Source: Patescibacteria group bacterium (lineage in GTDB: Bacteria > Patescibacteriota > Patescibacteriia > CAIXNZ01). Taken from it: 64,000 bases of DNA. This document shows positions 63,920 to 64,000 of this stretch, in pieces. The stretch lies in the NCBI GenBank assembly GCA_028714455.1, contig JAQTMG010000003.1, positions 39,834-103,833 of the forward strand, given 5' to 3'. The stretch's first letter is position 1. The number at the start of each line of letters is the position of its first letter. Both the position numbers and the translations under genes were made by a program. The notes beneath the pieces are model-generated. The model was not told where the DNA came from. It did not search any database and saw only the letters and a program-made list of their open reading frames with translations.

Positions 63920-64000
63920 TATTGGCCGCTAATTACGCTCAACTAACTTTGCCAACCTTCCCCCAAAAGGCTCGAACACTTAAGTGTTCGAGCCGTGATT

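Overview
AT-rich (about 35-40% GC), gene-dense bacterial segment. The gene content looks like a Candidate Phyla Radiation / Patescibacteria-type genome: a dispersed dcw/mur set (murE, murG, ftsW, murD, mraY, murA), Fe-S assembly (iscS, nfu, iscU), thiI, pyrG, L27, L9, an MtaB/MiaB-like methylthiotransferase, a P-type ATPase, rml genes (rfbA/B/C/D), a surface-glycan glycosyltransferase cluster, an ECF sigma factor, and large secreted/adhesin proteins. Superimposed on this backbone are accessory features. (1) tRNA-fMet(CAT) and tRNA-Lys(TTT) are each followed by tandem copies of their own 3' ends, next to a GC-rich two-gene island that includes an archaeal-type pyruvoyl arginine decarboxylase. 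(2) A family of structured palindromic repeats (outer IR GGGGCGAAAACG..CGTTTTCGCCCC around a GTAGAGAC-N12-GTCTCTAC core) occurs in 4 copies. (3) Three divergent IS200/RAYT-like Y1-transposase genes each carry an in-frame perfect palindrome; one of them carries the repeat-family core itself. (4) The most notable feature is a compact, GC-elevated, self-contained locus at about 43.9-45.8 kb. It encodes a stand-alone reverse transcriptase whose motif C reads YADN instead of YxDD. Upstream on the same strand lies a roughly 380-nt promoter-bearing, terminator-capped structured non-coding region with two paralogous hairpin modules that show compensatory stem changes. This is a candidate retron-like or DRT-like RT-ncRNA system with no neighbouring effector. 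Several other single-gene GC-rich islands are also present (11.4-12.0 kb, 16.9-17.4 kb, 34.2-35.0 kb). All calls are from reading the sequence and ORF translations; no database searches were possible.
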